Sequence record: NC_061444.1
Length of the DNA: 64,000 nt
Strand: one strand, 5' to 3'
The notes beneath the pieces were generated by a model, which worked only from the letters and a program-made list of their open reading frames with translations, was not told the origin of the DNA and searched no databases. Made by a program: the position numbers and the translations under genes. Positions 63,877 through 64,000 of this stretch are shown here, piece after piece. Position 1 is the stretch's first letter, and each line of letters begins with the position of its first letter.

Positions 63877-63892
63877 TTATCTGAGGAGATAA
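63877..63892 (+). promoter_or_regulatory. GAGG-loop RBS hairpin
   Basis: TTATCT-GAGG-AGATAA, ATG 63899. Confidence 0.65.
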
Positions 63893-63898
63893 CGCAAA

Positions 63899-64000
63899 AT
63901 GTCAAATAACAATCTGGGCGCTGCATCATCATTTGGTTCCGAAACACAAAAGCAGATCAGCGACGAACAGCGTCGTGCTAATTCTGCCGAAAGCGGTCGT
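63899..64000 (+). CDS. Start of a window-truncated CDS
   Basis: MSNNNLGAASSFGSETQKQ... open to the window end, strong RBS. Confidence 0.65.
   Translation, partial: MSNNNLGAASSFGSETQKQISDEQRRANSAESGR

Noticed and set aside
26099-63892. GAGG-loop hairpins as canonical CsrA sites
   Set aside because: The CsrA consensus needs ANGGA in the loop; here the loop is GAGG with the next base paired. CsrA remains a test, not a call.
1-64000. Bacterial chromosome or prophage origin; phiKZ-type nucleus genes
   Set aside because: recA, dut, uvsE and kptA are divergent and embedded among phage-type hypotheticals. No housekeeping operons, integrase or att site, and no recognisable chimallin, PhuZ or multisubunit RNAP genes in this window.

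Overview
This window looks like a 64-kb piece of a lytic jumbo-type dsDNA phage genome, probably from an enterobacterial host (inference from gene content and density). It has about 100 tightly packed CDS, nearly all on the + strand, and I found no tRNA, rRNA, integrase or CRISPR array. The left part (1-26 kb) carries replication, recombination, transcription and virion genes: a window-truncated ORF with a family-A polymerase-like motif that is absent from the ORF track, a RuvC-like resolvase, an Ig-repeat protein, a DnaG-like primase, a Cas4-like nuclease, a sigma factor, a gp32-like SSB and a RecA/UvsX with a 344-aa intein. It also holds two anti-defence-like genes, an Acb1-like 2H phosphoesterase and an AcrVA2/FinQ-like protein. 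The right part (26-64 kb) is an early/accessory region of mostly small hypothetical genes, plus Tpt1/KptA, a NADAR-like protein, a radical SAM enzyme, a TraR/YbiI homologue, UvsE, dUTPase, an SLT transglycosylase and an HD hydrolase. The most distinctive signals are cis-regulatory and recur across the window. (1) Ten sigma70-type promoters share a TGGACAAA-like box 32-33 bp upstream of the -10, and most have a sequence-variable inverted repeat over the -35. (2) Eleven ribosome-binding sites sit in hairpins whose stems covary while the GAGG/GGAG loop is conserved. (3) A (T/A)CTGTAAA(T/C)A motif precedes the replication genes and the sigma gene itself. Family assignments rest on motifs read by eye and on remembered reference sequences; no database search or folding program was run.
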